A stretch of 42,479 nt of DNA. It comes from Deinococcales bacterium. GTDB lineage: Bacteria > Deinococcota > Deinococci > Deinococcales > JAAFIG01. Position numbers and translations under genes: made by a program. Below the pieces are notes generated by a model. It did no database searches. It was not told the DNA's origin and was given only the letters and a program-made list of their open reading frames with translations. Shown here piece by piece: positions 16,924 to 25,674 of this stretch (positions within the stretch are counted from its first letter, which is position 1; every line of letters begins with the position of its first letter). Where the stretch lies: contig JANNVX010000070.1 in assembly GCA_031414595.1 (NCBI GenBank), positions 1 through 42,479 of the forward strand, read 5' to 3'.

Positions 16924-17387
16924 ACCAAGCCGCCGTTCCAAATCAGTACCTCGCGTCCTCGTTCCTTAAAACCAAGCGAGCTATAAAACTCAAATTGCCG
17001 AGGCTCGAGGTCTGGTTGGGTCAATAAATACAAGGCAATCACATCGCCGCGTTCACGGCACTCATGAACAATTGCCTCTAATAACCTTGGCTCGAGTTGC
17101 CCTGCAAATTCAGGAATGGCATGAAGTTCTTCGATGGTACAACGCCAGCCCAAACGCACCGGACGGGCTTGGAAGGTCACATGGGAAAAACCAATCAGCT
17201 TATTGCCCATGAAAGCCAAGTAAACGGTGCTGTCATCATCAAACAGGGCTTGCTCGAGTAATTCTCGTAAACGCATCGGGTCAGTTGCCGCAGGGATTCC
17301 AGTCCAAGCTAAACAAAGCCCAAGCAATGCCTCGAGGTCGCGCTTTAAGGCACGACGAATTTCAAGTAAACCTTGCACCAGTTCCAT
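16920..17387 (-). CDS. GNAT-family protein
   Basis: LEIRRALKRDLEAL, LIGF, IEELHAIPEFAG and FYSSLGF. Start moved to ATG 17387, just after the upstream stop. Confidence 0.75.
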   Translation of the reverse strand: MELVQGLLEIRRALKRDLEALLGLCLAWTGIPAATDPMRLRELLEQALFDDDSTVYLAFMGNKLIGFSHVTFQARPVRLGWRCTIEELHAIPEFAGQLEPRLLEAIVHECRERGDVIALYLLTQPDLEPRQFEFYSSLGFKERGREVLIWNGGLV

Positions 17388-17389
17388 CC

Positions 17390-18106
17390 TTAGACCGATG
17401 GGGCAAGAATCCGTCCGCAAGATTGGCACTTGACCGGAAATTGCCCAGCCCGAATACGCTGCACCAAATTTGGGGTCAGTTGCACTTTGCAACCGCCGCA
17501 CTTGCCCGCGATGACTTTAACGAACCCAATGCCTTTTTTGGCTTTGCGAACATGGTCATAATCTTTTAAGACTTTTTCATCCACGCCGACCGCCAGTGCA
17601 TCGCGTTTGGCTTGTTGTGTTTGGTACTGCTTTTGCAGTTCTTTGATGCGGTCATCGTCTAAACTTTCTAAATGCTTGAGTTTAGGCTCGAGTTCATCCA
17701 AAGCCACCCCAATATCCTCGATTTGGGTGTTTAAGTCGTCTAACTTTTCGGTTAGTGGCAAACTGTCATCGGTCAGGTCATTGATTTCATCACGCAGAGA
17801 AATCGCACGGCTGTGGTACTGCCCTTGCTCTTTGGCGCTGGTTGAATGTTGCTGGTCATGTTCGGCTCGTTTAAGCTGCTCGCCCAGCGCTGCCAGTTCT
17901 AGCTCGGCTTCAGAGAGTTTACGGCGCACCGTCAAATGCTCGAAGCGCAGCTTCTCGAGCTTGCCATTTAATCTGATTTTGTCGTCCCGAGCAGCTTTTA
18001 ACTCGCCGGGAATACTGTCTTCGTCAAGTCGTAGCTTGTCTAAATCCAAGTCCATCGCTTGAATCGTGCCGAGGAGTTCGAGCGCGTTCACGTTTCTATC
18101 GTACAC
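17390..18106 (-). CDS. Coiled-coil protein with C4 zinc ribbon (DUF164/HP0958 family)
   Basis: Long heptad region, then CGGC...CQSCGRIL. Confidence 0.9.
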   Translation of the reverse strand: MYDRNVNALELLGTIQAMDLDLDKLRLDEDSIPGELKAARDDKIRLNGKLEKLRFEHLTVRRKLSEAELELAALGEQLKRAEHDQQHSTSAKEQGQYHSRAISLRDEINDLTDDSLPLTEKLDDLNTQIEDIGVALDELEPKLKHLESLDDDRIKELQKQYQTQQAKRDALAVGVDEKVLKDYDHVRKAKKGIGFVKVIAGKCGGCKVQLTPNLVQRIRAGQFPVKCQSCGRILAPSV

Positions 18107-18213
18107 ATTTTTGGGGTAAAAATGCGAATTTTAGAAAATGACCGAAGTTCAAATAAGTCAAAATGAAGCCCTAAGCCCTCGAGTTCGCGCCAGTCTTAGC
18201 CTATACTTACGCC

Positions 18214-18885
18214 ATGTTTTTTATTCAGTACCTTGGACAAGACCCCCTCGCTTACCTGATTGCCCTCTTTGTACTGGCTTTTGGCATTGTTCTGCACAAT
18301 GTCTTCCAAGCCTTACTAGCCAACGCTTTTGGCGACCCAAGCGCCAAGCAACGCGGTTTTACCAGCACCAGCAACCCGACCCTACATTTGGATGGTTTTT
18401 CATGGATTTGGCTGGCGATATTTGGTTTTGCTGTGCCAACTTCGATTCCAGTGCGGCTTTATAACCGTCAGTATGCCAAAGAAGCCGCCGTTTGGTTGGC
18501 TGGACCTGTTTCAATGCTGCTTTGGGCATTTATGCTGATGCTTCTGGCTGGTTTTGTAACCCAACTGGCTGGCAACGACGATAGTTTTCGCTCGGTGATT
18601 CTTGGGATGATGCTTGGGGCGTTTAATAGTGTTTCCTTAGCCGCGATTTTTATTTTCCCGATTCCCCCGCTCGATGGCGCTCGAGCCTTATTTGCTGTCG
18701 GCAACAAACAAATTAAAAACTTTATCAGTACCTTAGAACAATGGATGAGCCGTACCCCATTTGGTTTTATGCTGATTTTCTTGGTGCTGTCATTTACTGG
18801 TTTACTTGGTGCTGTCCGCAGCCCAATCATCAGTGGAATGCTCAGTGCCATCCAGAGCCTTGGTTTACCTGTTCCGGGCATTTAA
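18214..18885 (+). CDS. Site-2 protease (M50) family membrane protein, HExxH degenerate
   Basis: GDPSAKQRG..NP..HLD, LAGP and PIPPLDG. HNVFQ occupies the HExxH position. Confidence 0.85.
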   Translation: MFFIQYLGQDPLAYLIALFVLAFGIVLHNVFQALLANAFGDPSAKQRGFTSTSNPTLHLDGFSWIWLAIFGFAVPTSIPVRLYNRQYAKEAAVWLAGPVSMLLWAFMLMLLAGFVTQLAGNDDSFRSVILGMMLGAFNSVSLAAIFIFPIPPLDGARALFAVGNKQIKNFISTLEQWMSRTPFGFMLIFLVLSFTGLLGAVRSPIISGMLSAIQSLGLPVPGI

Positions 18886-19487
18886 TGAACCGTCTAGCCA
18901 AAGCATGGGCAGCCTTTGAAGCCGAAGATTTTACTCGAGCCGAACAAGAATTTAGAAAAGCCCGTTTTGAGCCAAATACCGCCTCGGACGCACGGCACGG
19001 CTTAGTCTATGTCTTTGCCCGTACAGGGCGTTTTGATGATGCCAGAAGCGAATGTGACCTACTTCGTCTCGAGGCGCAGAGCCAATCTGATTTGGAAGGC
19101 GAATACGTGGCACTGCATCAACTTGGTATGGTCGAACGAATGGCAGAAGAATACCCTACAGCCCTAAAAATCTTTGTCCAAGAAGCCAAAATCGTTGCTC
19201 AACTGGGGAATCCACCTCTGGCAGTCAGCGCCAATGCTTACGAGCAAGGCATTATTTACGGCAAACTCGAGCAGTTCCCCCAAGCCCGACAGTGGTTAGG
19301 GGTTGCTCTCGAGCAAGCCCAGTTATCTGGCGACCCAATTGCCGAAGCCTGTGCCTACCGAGGTCTAGGTGAAATGGCAGCCAATGCGACCATGAAAAAA
19401 GCCATGTTGCTGCAAAGCAAAGCCGCCTTTGAACGAGGCAACGATGCTTTGGGGGCAGCCGAAATTGGGGATTTACTGAGCTACTAG
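18885..19487 (+). CDS. Tetratricopeptide-repeat protein
   Basis: ALHQLGMVER, AYEQG and ACAYRGLGE. TAATG overlap with the S2P stop defines the start. Confidence 0.8.
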   Translation: MNRLAKAWAAFEAEDFTRAEQEFRKARFEPNTASDARHGLVYVFARTGRFDDARSECDLLRLEAQSQSDLEGEYVALHQLGMVERMAEEYPTALKIFVQEAKIVAQLGNPPLAVSANAYEQGIIYGKLEQFPQARQWLGVALEQAQLSGDPIAEACAYRGLGEMAANATMKKAMLLQSKAAFERGNDALGAAEIGDLLSY

Positions 19488-19537
19488 CTTCTGGCTGCTA
19501 GTTTTTAGCCTCTTGTCTAGTAGCTAGTAGCTAACTG
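19479..19537. repeat. Inverted 7-nt tandem arrays between convergent genes (possible terminator hairpin)
   Basis: CTACTAG CTTCTGG CTGCTAG TTTTTAG ... CTAGTAG CTAGTAG CTAACTG. AGCTACTAG pairs with CTAGTAGCT. Confidence 0.55.
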
Positions 19538-20416
19538 CTTTTCCCCCAGCCACTCCTCGAGCCGAATATCGCGTCTGGGTTTGATTCCATCGCGCCTGAT
19601 TTTTGCCCTGACGTTCTGACACCGACAATTTGGGTAACTGCACAGCAAACTTTCTGAATGATTGGCAATTAAACGCCCTGTGGCAGCCACAACCTCACGC
19701 ACTCGAGCCACTTGCAGGGTTGCATGACCGACATCCAAGGTGCGTAAGGAATTTAGACTGCCTTCAATGCCATTAAAAGCGGCGCTGCAATTTGGATAAT
19801 AGGTGCGAACAATTCCGTTTTTGGTATTTGCCCAGCGTTCAAGCATCGGACGACCCGCCATGTACTCACCATAATGGATGCTGGTATTAGAGCGGTGGTC
19901 TACGCCCAACAGCAGCACCAAGGCATCAAGTTGCTCGAGAACCCCGATGGGTGCATAAGGATGCTCTAAGGTTTGTACCCCAAGAATTTTTTGTGCGTCT
20001 GCGCCGCGTGCCGCAAAAGACAAAGCTGGATGCTGACTGCGAAGCACATTTGGGCGTTCAAGCATGATTTGAGGGATTCTGCCAATGTCCCTCGAGACGG
20101 GGCTGTTGGGTTGAAACGGCGGACCATCTTCTCCGGGTGAAATGGGCCAATCTTCGTTGCGATATAAAACGGGCCAGACCAAAGTGTAATAAGTAAAGGC
20201 GGGCATCACCAAGGTACTCGAGTAACGCTCTAAGGCATTCAGGACACTGTGCGCCCCACCAATCATGTTGCCAAGGCTCGACAGGCTCGAGTGAACAATA
20301 AGAGGCGTGTGTTGGTTCATGCCAAGCTGCTTAAACGCCCGCTCGAGGTCAATTTGAGTGACCGGAGGAGTTAAAGCGCGGCGCATAAAGTTCAGCACAG
20401 TGTCTAAAACTAACAT
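19517..20416 (-). CDS. AAC(3)/YokD-family N-acetyltransferase
   Basis: IVHSSLSSLG, TLVMPAFT, RSQHPALSFAARG and LLLGV...NTSIHYGE. Confidence 0.9.
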   Translation of the reverse strand: MLVLDTVLNFMRRALTPPVTQIDLERAFKQLGMNQHTPLIVHSSLSSLGNMIGGAHSVLNALERYSSTLVMPAFTYYTLVWPVLYRNEDWPISPGEDGPPFQPNSPVSRDIGRIPQIMLERPNVLRSQHPALSFAARGADAQKILGVQTLEHPYAPIGVLEQLDALVLLLGVDHRSNTSIHYGEYMAGRPMLERWANTKNGIVRTYYPNCSAAFNGIEGSLNSLRTLDVGHATLQVARVREVVAATGRLIANHSESLLCSYPNCRCQNVRAKIRRDGIKPRRDIRLEEWLGEKQLATSY

Positions 20417-20418
20417 GT

Positions 20419-21111
20419 TCAGCGCATGGGTGTAAAAAACGCTATTAGATCGGCTTTAAGTGCCGCTTGTTTCTCGAGGGCTGTCAATTTATTGGTACGC
20501 CCATGACTTGGTTTAGTGGTGTACTGAATCCAAATTGGACTTTGATTTTTGAGTAACACCGAACCACGAATCTCGAGCGGATGAAACACCCAGAAACTAT
20601 GGGTACGCCCTGTGCGTCTCGAGTCGGCAAAAACCAGAGCAGTATGCAGTACGACTGGCTTACCTCGCAAAAAAATCAGGGCATTGGGGTCAAAGGTAAC
20701 CATGTCTAAAGTGCTTAATTTGTGTCCCTTAGCACTCGAGAGCGCAAAAACCGTCAAGTTGCCATCGGCAATAATGCCGTTGCCGCCCCAACTGATTTTT
20801 ATGATTAAATCGGCTTTACCATCTTGGTTCAGGTCGCTATTCCAAACATCGGAAACAAAATTTGGCATCGTCTCAAAACGAATCGGCAAGCGCTGACCAA
20901 AAATATCCAAAGTGATTTGTTGTTCGCCCATGGCAGTACGCCGAACCAGCACTCGTCCGTGTGGGCAGGAAAACCCCGTGGCATTACTTTTGCAGCTCTG
21001 AACTGGGATTTTTTTTGCTTTTGGGTACGGATGGTAACTCGAGATGATGCTGTTTTGAGCCAATACTAAGCTCGAGAACAACAATCCAATCCCAATCAAA
21101 AGTCGTTTCAT
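20419..21111 (-). CDS. Exported hypothetical protein
   Basis: Signal peptide MKRLLIG..VLA and DLNQDGKADL (FG-GAP/EF-like Ca loop). Confidence 0.75.
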   Translation of the reverse strand: MKRLLIGIGLLFSSLVLAQNSIISSYHPYPKAKKIPVQSCKSNATGFSCPHGRVLVRRTAMGEQQITLDIFGQRLPIRFETMPNFVSDVWNSDLNQDGKADLIIKISWGGNGIIADGNLTVFALSSAKGHKLSTLDMVTFDPNALIFLRGKPVVLHTALVFADSRRTGRTHSFWVFHPLEIRGSVLLKNQSPIWIQYTTKPSHGRTNKLTALEKQAALKADLIAFFTPMR

Positions 21112-21161
21112 GGTTTTAGTATGCGCCTCAAAGATTCAAACTGCCATGAGAAAACCTATGT

Positions 21162-22202
21162 TTAAGCCCGAATTAAGTACACACCTTCTGTCGCAAATTG
21201 CACCCGCACAGTTTGACCGGGTTTCGCCAGAAGCGGCGCGTCCCCCGCCATCACCCCCTCGAGTTGTCCGGCGGCGGTGTTGACAGTGTATTCGGTGGTT
21301 GTGCCAAGAAAGGCAACGCTGTGCATTGTTCCCTCGAGTCCAATCCCACCCTGAGCTATCCGCAAAGACTCGGGGCGTATCATCACGGTCACATTGCCGT
21401 GTTCGATGTTTTGTGAAAAAGGAAAACTGTAGTCGCCAACCGTGGCACTCGAGCCGTGGTACTGACCACTTAAAAAATTTGCCCGTCCAATAAAATCTGC
21501 CACAAAACGGGTATTTGGAGCTTGATAGAGTTCCCTCGGTGCGCCTTGTTGTTCAATGATTCCAGCCTTCATGACCACCACCAAATCCGAGATTGCCATG
21601 GCTTCTTCTTGGTCATGGGTGACGTATAAACTGGTGATACCAAATTTTTGTTGCAGTTCACGAATTTCCTCACGCACCCGTTTACGCAACTTGGCATCGA
21701 GGTTAGAGAGCGGTTCATCAAATAATAAGACTCGAGGCTGCATAATTAAAGCCCTTGCCAGTGCTACCCGTTGCTGCTGCCCGCCTGAAAGGGCTTGCAC
21801 GGCGCGTTGCTCGAGGTTCTGCAAACCCACTTGGGCAACCACACCCGCCACCCGTTCACGAATCTCTTCGATGGGGCGTTTTGTGACCCGCAGACCATAA
21901 GCGATGTTTTCAAAGACATTCATGTGCGGAAACAACGCATAACTCTGGAACATCATCGTTACATCGCGCAGATAGGCTGGCAACTGGGTTACATCGTCTG
22001 AACCAAAAAAAATCTTGCCTTCCGATGGTCGCTCTAAACCCGCCACCATCCGTAAAATCGTGGTTTTACCACATCCCGAAGGACCCAGCAGTGTGACCAA
22101 TTGACCTGCGGGTAACTCGAGCGACACGGTTTCTACGGCTGTGACCGTACCAAAGCGCTTAACAATTTGTTCTAAACGAACAGGGACAGCCAATTGATTC
22201 AT
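21162..22202 (-). CDS. ABC transporter ATP-binding protein (FbpC/AfuC/PotA type)
   Basis: GPSGCGKT, LSGGQQQR, LLFDEPLSNLD and a TOBE-like C-terminus. Confidence 0.95.
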   Translation of the reverse strand: MNQLAVPVRLEQIVKRFGTVTAVETVSLELPAGQLVTLLGPSGCGKTTILRMVAGLERPSEGKIFFGSDDVTQLPAYLRDVTMMFQSYALFPHMNVFENIAYGLRVTKRPIEEIRERVAGVVAQVGLQNLEQRAVQALSGGQQQRVALARALIMQPRVLLFDEPLSNLDAKLRKRVREEIRELQQKFGITSLYVTHDQEEAMAISDLVVVMKAGIIEQQGAPRELYQAPNTRFVADFIGRANFLSGQYHGSSATVGDYSFPFSQNIEHGNVTVMIRPESLRIAQGGIGLEGTMHSVAFLGTTTEYTVNTAAGQLEGVMAGDAPLLAKPGQTVRVQFATEGVYLIRA

Positions 22203-22204
22203 AA

Positions 22205-24427
22205 TTATCCTATTCCCTCGAGTCCAGTGCCGTTTCTCGAGAAACGCTTACTAAAAGTAAAGAGCAATAAAATTAAACCGAGTAAGCCCAAAATCATCAC
22301 GGTACTCATGGCAGCCGCCCGCCCTAAGTTGCCTTGCTCGAGCCATGAAAGCATTAAGACGGTGGCGAGTAAGTTGCCGGGGCTGATTAAAAATATAATT
22401 TGGCTGATGGCGGTCATGCTGCGGACAAAAGCAAAGACAATACCCGATAACAATTGCGGAATTAAAAGCGGCACAAGCACTTTAGCCAGTGTGGTACTCG
22501 AGGGGGCGCGTAGGAGGGTGCTGGCTTCGTCTAAGGCGTGGTCTATTTGGCTTAAACCAGCCATGACACTGCGGATGCTGGCGGGCATGTTGCGGAACAC
22601 CAGGGCAATCACCAAAATAATAAATGTACCGGTTAAAAGCCACGGTCCGACATTAAAAGAAATCACATAGGCAACACCCATGACTGTGCCGGGGGTGGCA
22701 AATGAGAGCATACTGGTGGTCTCTAAGGCGCTTCTGCCCCAGAATTTTTGGCGCGTGACCAAGTAGGCAATTAAAAAACCAAGCAGCGTGGCGGCAATGG
22801 CAGCCACAAAAGCCACTTGGGCAGTACGAAATAAAACCTCGAGTCCCGTGCCACTAAAATCTATGTAATGCTGCAAGGTAAATTCCCCGTTGACTCCCCA
22901 AATTTTGACAAAACTGCCATAAAAAACACTGCCATACAACATCGCTACCAGAATGCCCCAAAATGCCAAGATACCCTGCAAGGTATTCTCGAGCCAGCGC
23001 GGTAACAGACTAAAATTCCCACTGCCCGGTTTACCTGTGACAGTCACAAAACTGGTATTGCCAAGCCAAGCCCGTTGCAGCCCAAGAATGATTAGCACCA
23101 AGACCAGCAGCACCGCGCCGTAAACACTGGCTTCGTTGGGGTCGTAACGTCCAGTTAAAGCCAAGTAAACTTCGGTGGCTAAAAAACTGCGGTCTCCGCC
23201 AAGTAAAATCGGATTGCTAAAGTCTGCCAAGGATTCGATGATCGTCAGTAAAAAAGCGGCGGCTAAACCCGGACGCAAAAGCGGCAGGGTGACTCGAGTA
23301 AAGACCATCCACGGGTTAGAACGCATCGTTTGGGCGGCTTCCTCGAGCGCAGGATTTAAGCCTTGGACACTGCCACGCAGCGTTAAATAGGCAATTGGCG
23401 TGAATGCCATAATCTGGGCAATCCCCACACCGGTCACGCCCTTAAAATAATTGGTGTCGATGCCAAAAACTCTGTTAGTGATTAACCCTTGTGCGCCAAA
23501 CCAGTTTTCTAGGGCAAACGCCAGCACAAACGGCGGGGTAATCATCGGTAGAATCCCAACGATACTAAGGATACGCCGAACCCAAGCAGCACGGCAACGT
23601 TGCTCGAGAATCGCAAAAATTAAACCAAAAAAAACCGTGGTTGGTGCAACAATTAAAGCCAAGTACAGACTTGTGGCAAATGCCCCACGTCCAAAAATTC
23701 CAGCCCCGATAATAAAACCAAGTACCAAGCCAGCCAAAGTAGACCCCAGCAGCAATTGAATACTGGCTCTGCGCCAAAGCGAAAAAATCAGGGCTAGTAA
23801 GCCACCCACAAAGGCAATTCCAAAGACAATGGTTGTTTCTGAACGCGGCGTAAACTTATTTTCTAAAACCATAAAAAGCGGACTGGATAAGGTTTCTTGA
23901 ACCTTTTTTAAGGTAAAAACACCATTTACAATAATACTTTCACGCAGCACAATAAAAAGCGGATAAGCAATAAACAGCGCCACAAAAACACTGCACAACA
24001 CAATGCTACTGGCGATAAACGGGTCGGACTGAATTAAACCAGTTTCGGATAAGCCAACCCCAAGCACCAGCAACAAGCAAATTAGGGCAACCAGCGCCCC
24101 GTAGCCAAAATAACTGCCTGTACTGGCAAGCCATGCAAAAACTGTTATGGCTGTACCACTCGAAATGCCAATTAAAGCATAACCCCTTGCCAACATCGGT
24201 AAACGCAACGCCGAAAGTACACTCAGAGCAAGACTCGAGAAAACAAGTAATCCAGCCAACCACGAAACTTTAGAAAAAGCACCTAATTCCCAATTAAAAA
24301 ATTCAAAAGCACGGTCTGGTCGAACAAAAGGCAGCAGCAAAATACCAACGGCAATCAAAACCGATGGCAACAATGCCCGAGAAGTACGACTGGCAAAAGC
24401 ACTGGTACTTGGTAAAGCATTGACCAT
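22205..24427 (-). CDS. Iron/AfuB-type ABC permease with two EAA modules
   Basis: Polytopic protein with LEEAAQTM and LDEASTLL loops, plus ADFSNP. Confidence 0.92.
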   Translation of the reverse strand: MVNALPSTSAFASRTSRALLPSVLIAVGILLLPFVRPDRAFEFFNWELGAFSKVSWLAGLLVFSSLALSVLSALRLPMLARGYALIGISSGTAITVFAWLASTGSYFGYGALVALICLLLVLGVGLSETGLIQSDPFIASSIVLCSVFVALFIAYPLFIVLRESIIVNGVFTLKKVQETLSSPLFMVLENKFTPRSETTIVFGIAFVGGLLALIFSLWRRASIQLLLGSTLAGLVLGFIIGAGIFGRGAFATSLYLALIVAPTTVFFGLIFAILEQRCRAAWVRRILSIVGILPMITPPFVLAFALENWFGAQGLITNRVFGIDTNYFKGVTGVGIAQIMAFTPIAYLTLRGSVQGLNPALEEAAQTMRSNPWMVFTRVTLPLLRPGLAAAFLLTIIESLADFSNPILLGGDRSFLATEVYLALTGRYDPNEASVYGAVLLVLVLIILGLQRAWLGNTSFVTVTGKPGSGNFSLLPRWLENTLQGILAFWGILVAMLYGSVFYGSFVKIWGVNGEFTLQHYIDFSGTGLEVLFRTAQVAFVAAIAATLLGFLIAYLVTRQKFWGRSALETTSMLSFATPGTVMGVAYVISFNVGPWLLTGTFIILVIALVFRNMPASIRSVMAGLSQIDHALDEASTLLRAPSSTTLAKVLVPLLIPQLLSGIVFAFVRSMTAISQIIFLISPGNLLATVLMLSWLEQGNLGRAAAMSTVMILGLLGLILLLFTFSKRFSRNGTGLEGIG

Positions 24428-24496
24428 GAATCTCCCAAAAATAGCGCTTAGGGCAGGCTCTGCCTACCGATTTCTCGAGCATGAGGTGGTATCAAA

Positions 24497-24526
24497 CTCG
24501 AGGATTATGAAATGGGAATCCTCGAG
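24497..24526 (-). terminator. Intercistronic hairpin after the substrate-binding gene
   Basis: Perfect 10-bp inverted repeat CTCGAGGATT-N10-AATCCTCGAG. There is no clear U-tract, so it may stabilise mRNA rather than terminate. Confidence 0.5.
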
Positions 24527-24537
24527 CAGAATAAATT

Positions 24538-25566
24538 TTAACGTGGCAATGGGAAAATTTCGTTTGTCCAGCGTTTAATCAAAGGTTCACGGACAGTTGG
24601 ATTGCCCCATTTTTTAGCATCGAGCGTGATTAACTTAAAGTCCTTTGGATTTGGGGTGTCATCATCCACTGGGGTTTTGATGTTGCTTGGTAAGCTGTAT
24701 GCCCCTGTTTTTGGTCCTATGCTCTGCGCGGCTGGACTGACTGCCCAATCCATAAAGGCTTTGGCGTTGTCTATGTTGCGTGTGCCTTTAATCAGGCTTA
24801 AGCCACCAATTTCATAACCTGTGCCTTCGCAAGGCGAAACAATCTGAATCGGGAAACCCTGTTTTTTGAACTCAACCATGTCGTGCATGAACTGAATCCC
24901 AATGGCTGCACTGCCATTGCCAAGCGCTACCCTTGGCGCAACCCCACTGCGGGTGTACTCCGAGACATTTGGGTGCATTTTTGCCATCAAATCAAAGGCT
25001 TTATCTTCGCCCATTAAAGTAATCAAGGTGGTCATAAAGGTATAGGCTGTGCCACTGGTGTTTGGGTTGGCAATCTGAATCTGTCCTTTATAGGCAGGTT
25101 TGGTCAGGTCAGACCAACATTTAAGTGGGGGTAAATTCTTGGCTTTGAAGACATTGGGGTTAATGCCAATGCCCAGAATCCCTTGGTAAATCGGCACATA
25201 ACTTAAACCCACAGCAAAACGCAAATCGCGGCGCAAGTTGTCGTATTCTTTAACTTTATAAAACGTGGTTAAGCCGTTGCTCCAGGCTTCGTAGTGCGGG
25301 TCGCCAGTTCCACCAAACCACGCATCGAAGGTTGGATTGGCTTTTTCGGCACGAATCCGCGCTAAACCTTCGGCGGTAGACAAACGCACAAAGTTGAGTT
25401 TTATTCCAGTGTCCTTTTGAAAGGCAGGACCAAGTGCTTCACACCACGGAAGGGTGACACTACACAGCACATTGACTTGTTTTTGTTGGGCGCTGACGAT
25501 GCCAGCCGCCGCCGCCAGTGCAATTGCGCCCAAAACGAACCCACGACGAACTATTTTTTTACGCAT
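24538..25566 (-). CDS. ABC substrate-binding protein (Fe3+/AfuA sugar-phosphate type)
   Basis: RRGF Tat-like signal, DAWFGGTGDPH, ANPNTSGTAY and PCEGTGYEIG. AAGGAG RBS. Confidence 0.92.
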   Translation of the reverse strand: MRKKIVRRGFVLGAIALAAAAGIVSAQQKQVNVLCSVTLPWCEALGPAFQKDTGIKLNFVRLSTAEGLARIRAEKANPTFDAWFGGTGDPHYEAWSNGLTTFYKVKEYDNLRRDLRFAVGLSYVPIYQGILGIGINPNVFKAKNLPPLKCWSDLTKPAYKGQIQIANPNTSGTAYTFMTTLITLMGEDKAFDLMAKMHPNVSEYTRSGVAPRVALGNGSAAIGIQFMHDMVEFKKQGFPIQIVSPCEGTGYEIGGLSLIKGTRNIDNAKAFMDWAVSPAAQSIGPKTGAYSLPSNIKTPVDDDTPNPKDFKLITLDAKKWGNPTVREPLIKRWTNEIFPLPR

Positions 25567-25674
25567 ACATTTCTCCTTGAGGAAGTTTCATTCTAACCAT
25601 TTGAACAACTCGGATGTGTTTGCAAACTACAAAGATTTTACCGATTCTCGAGACAAAGCCCCTATACTAAAGTT

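Noticed and set aside
19517-20416. Acquired aminoglycoside resistance gene
   Set aside because: YokD/AAC(3)-family chromosomal homologues are widespread. It has host-like composition and no mobile context, so resistance cannot be inferred.
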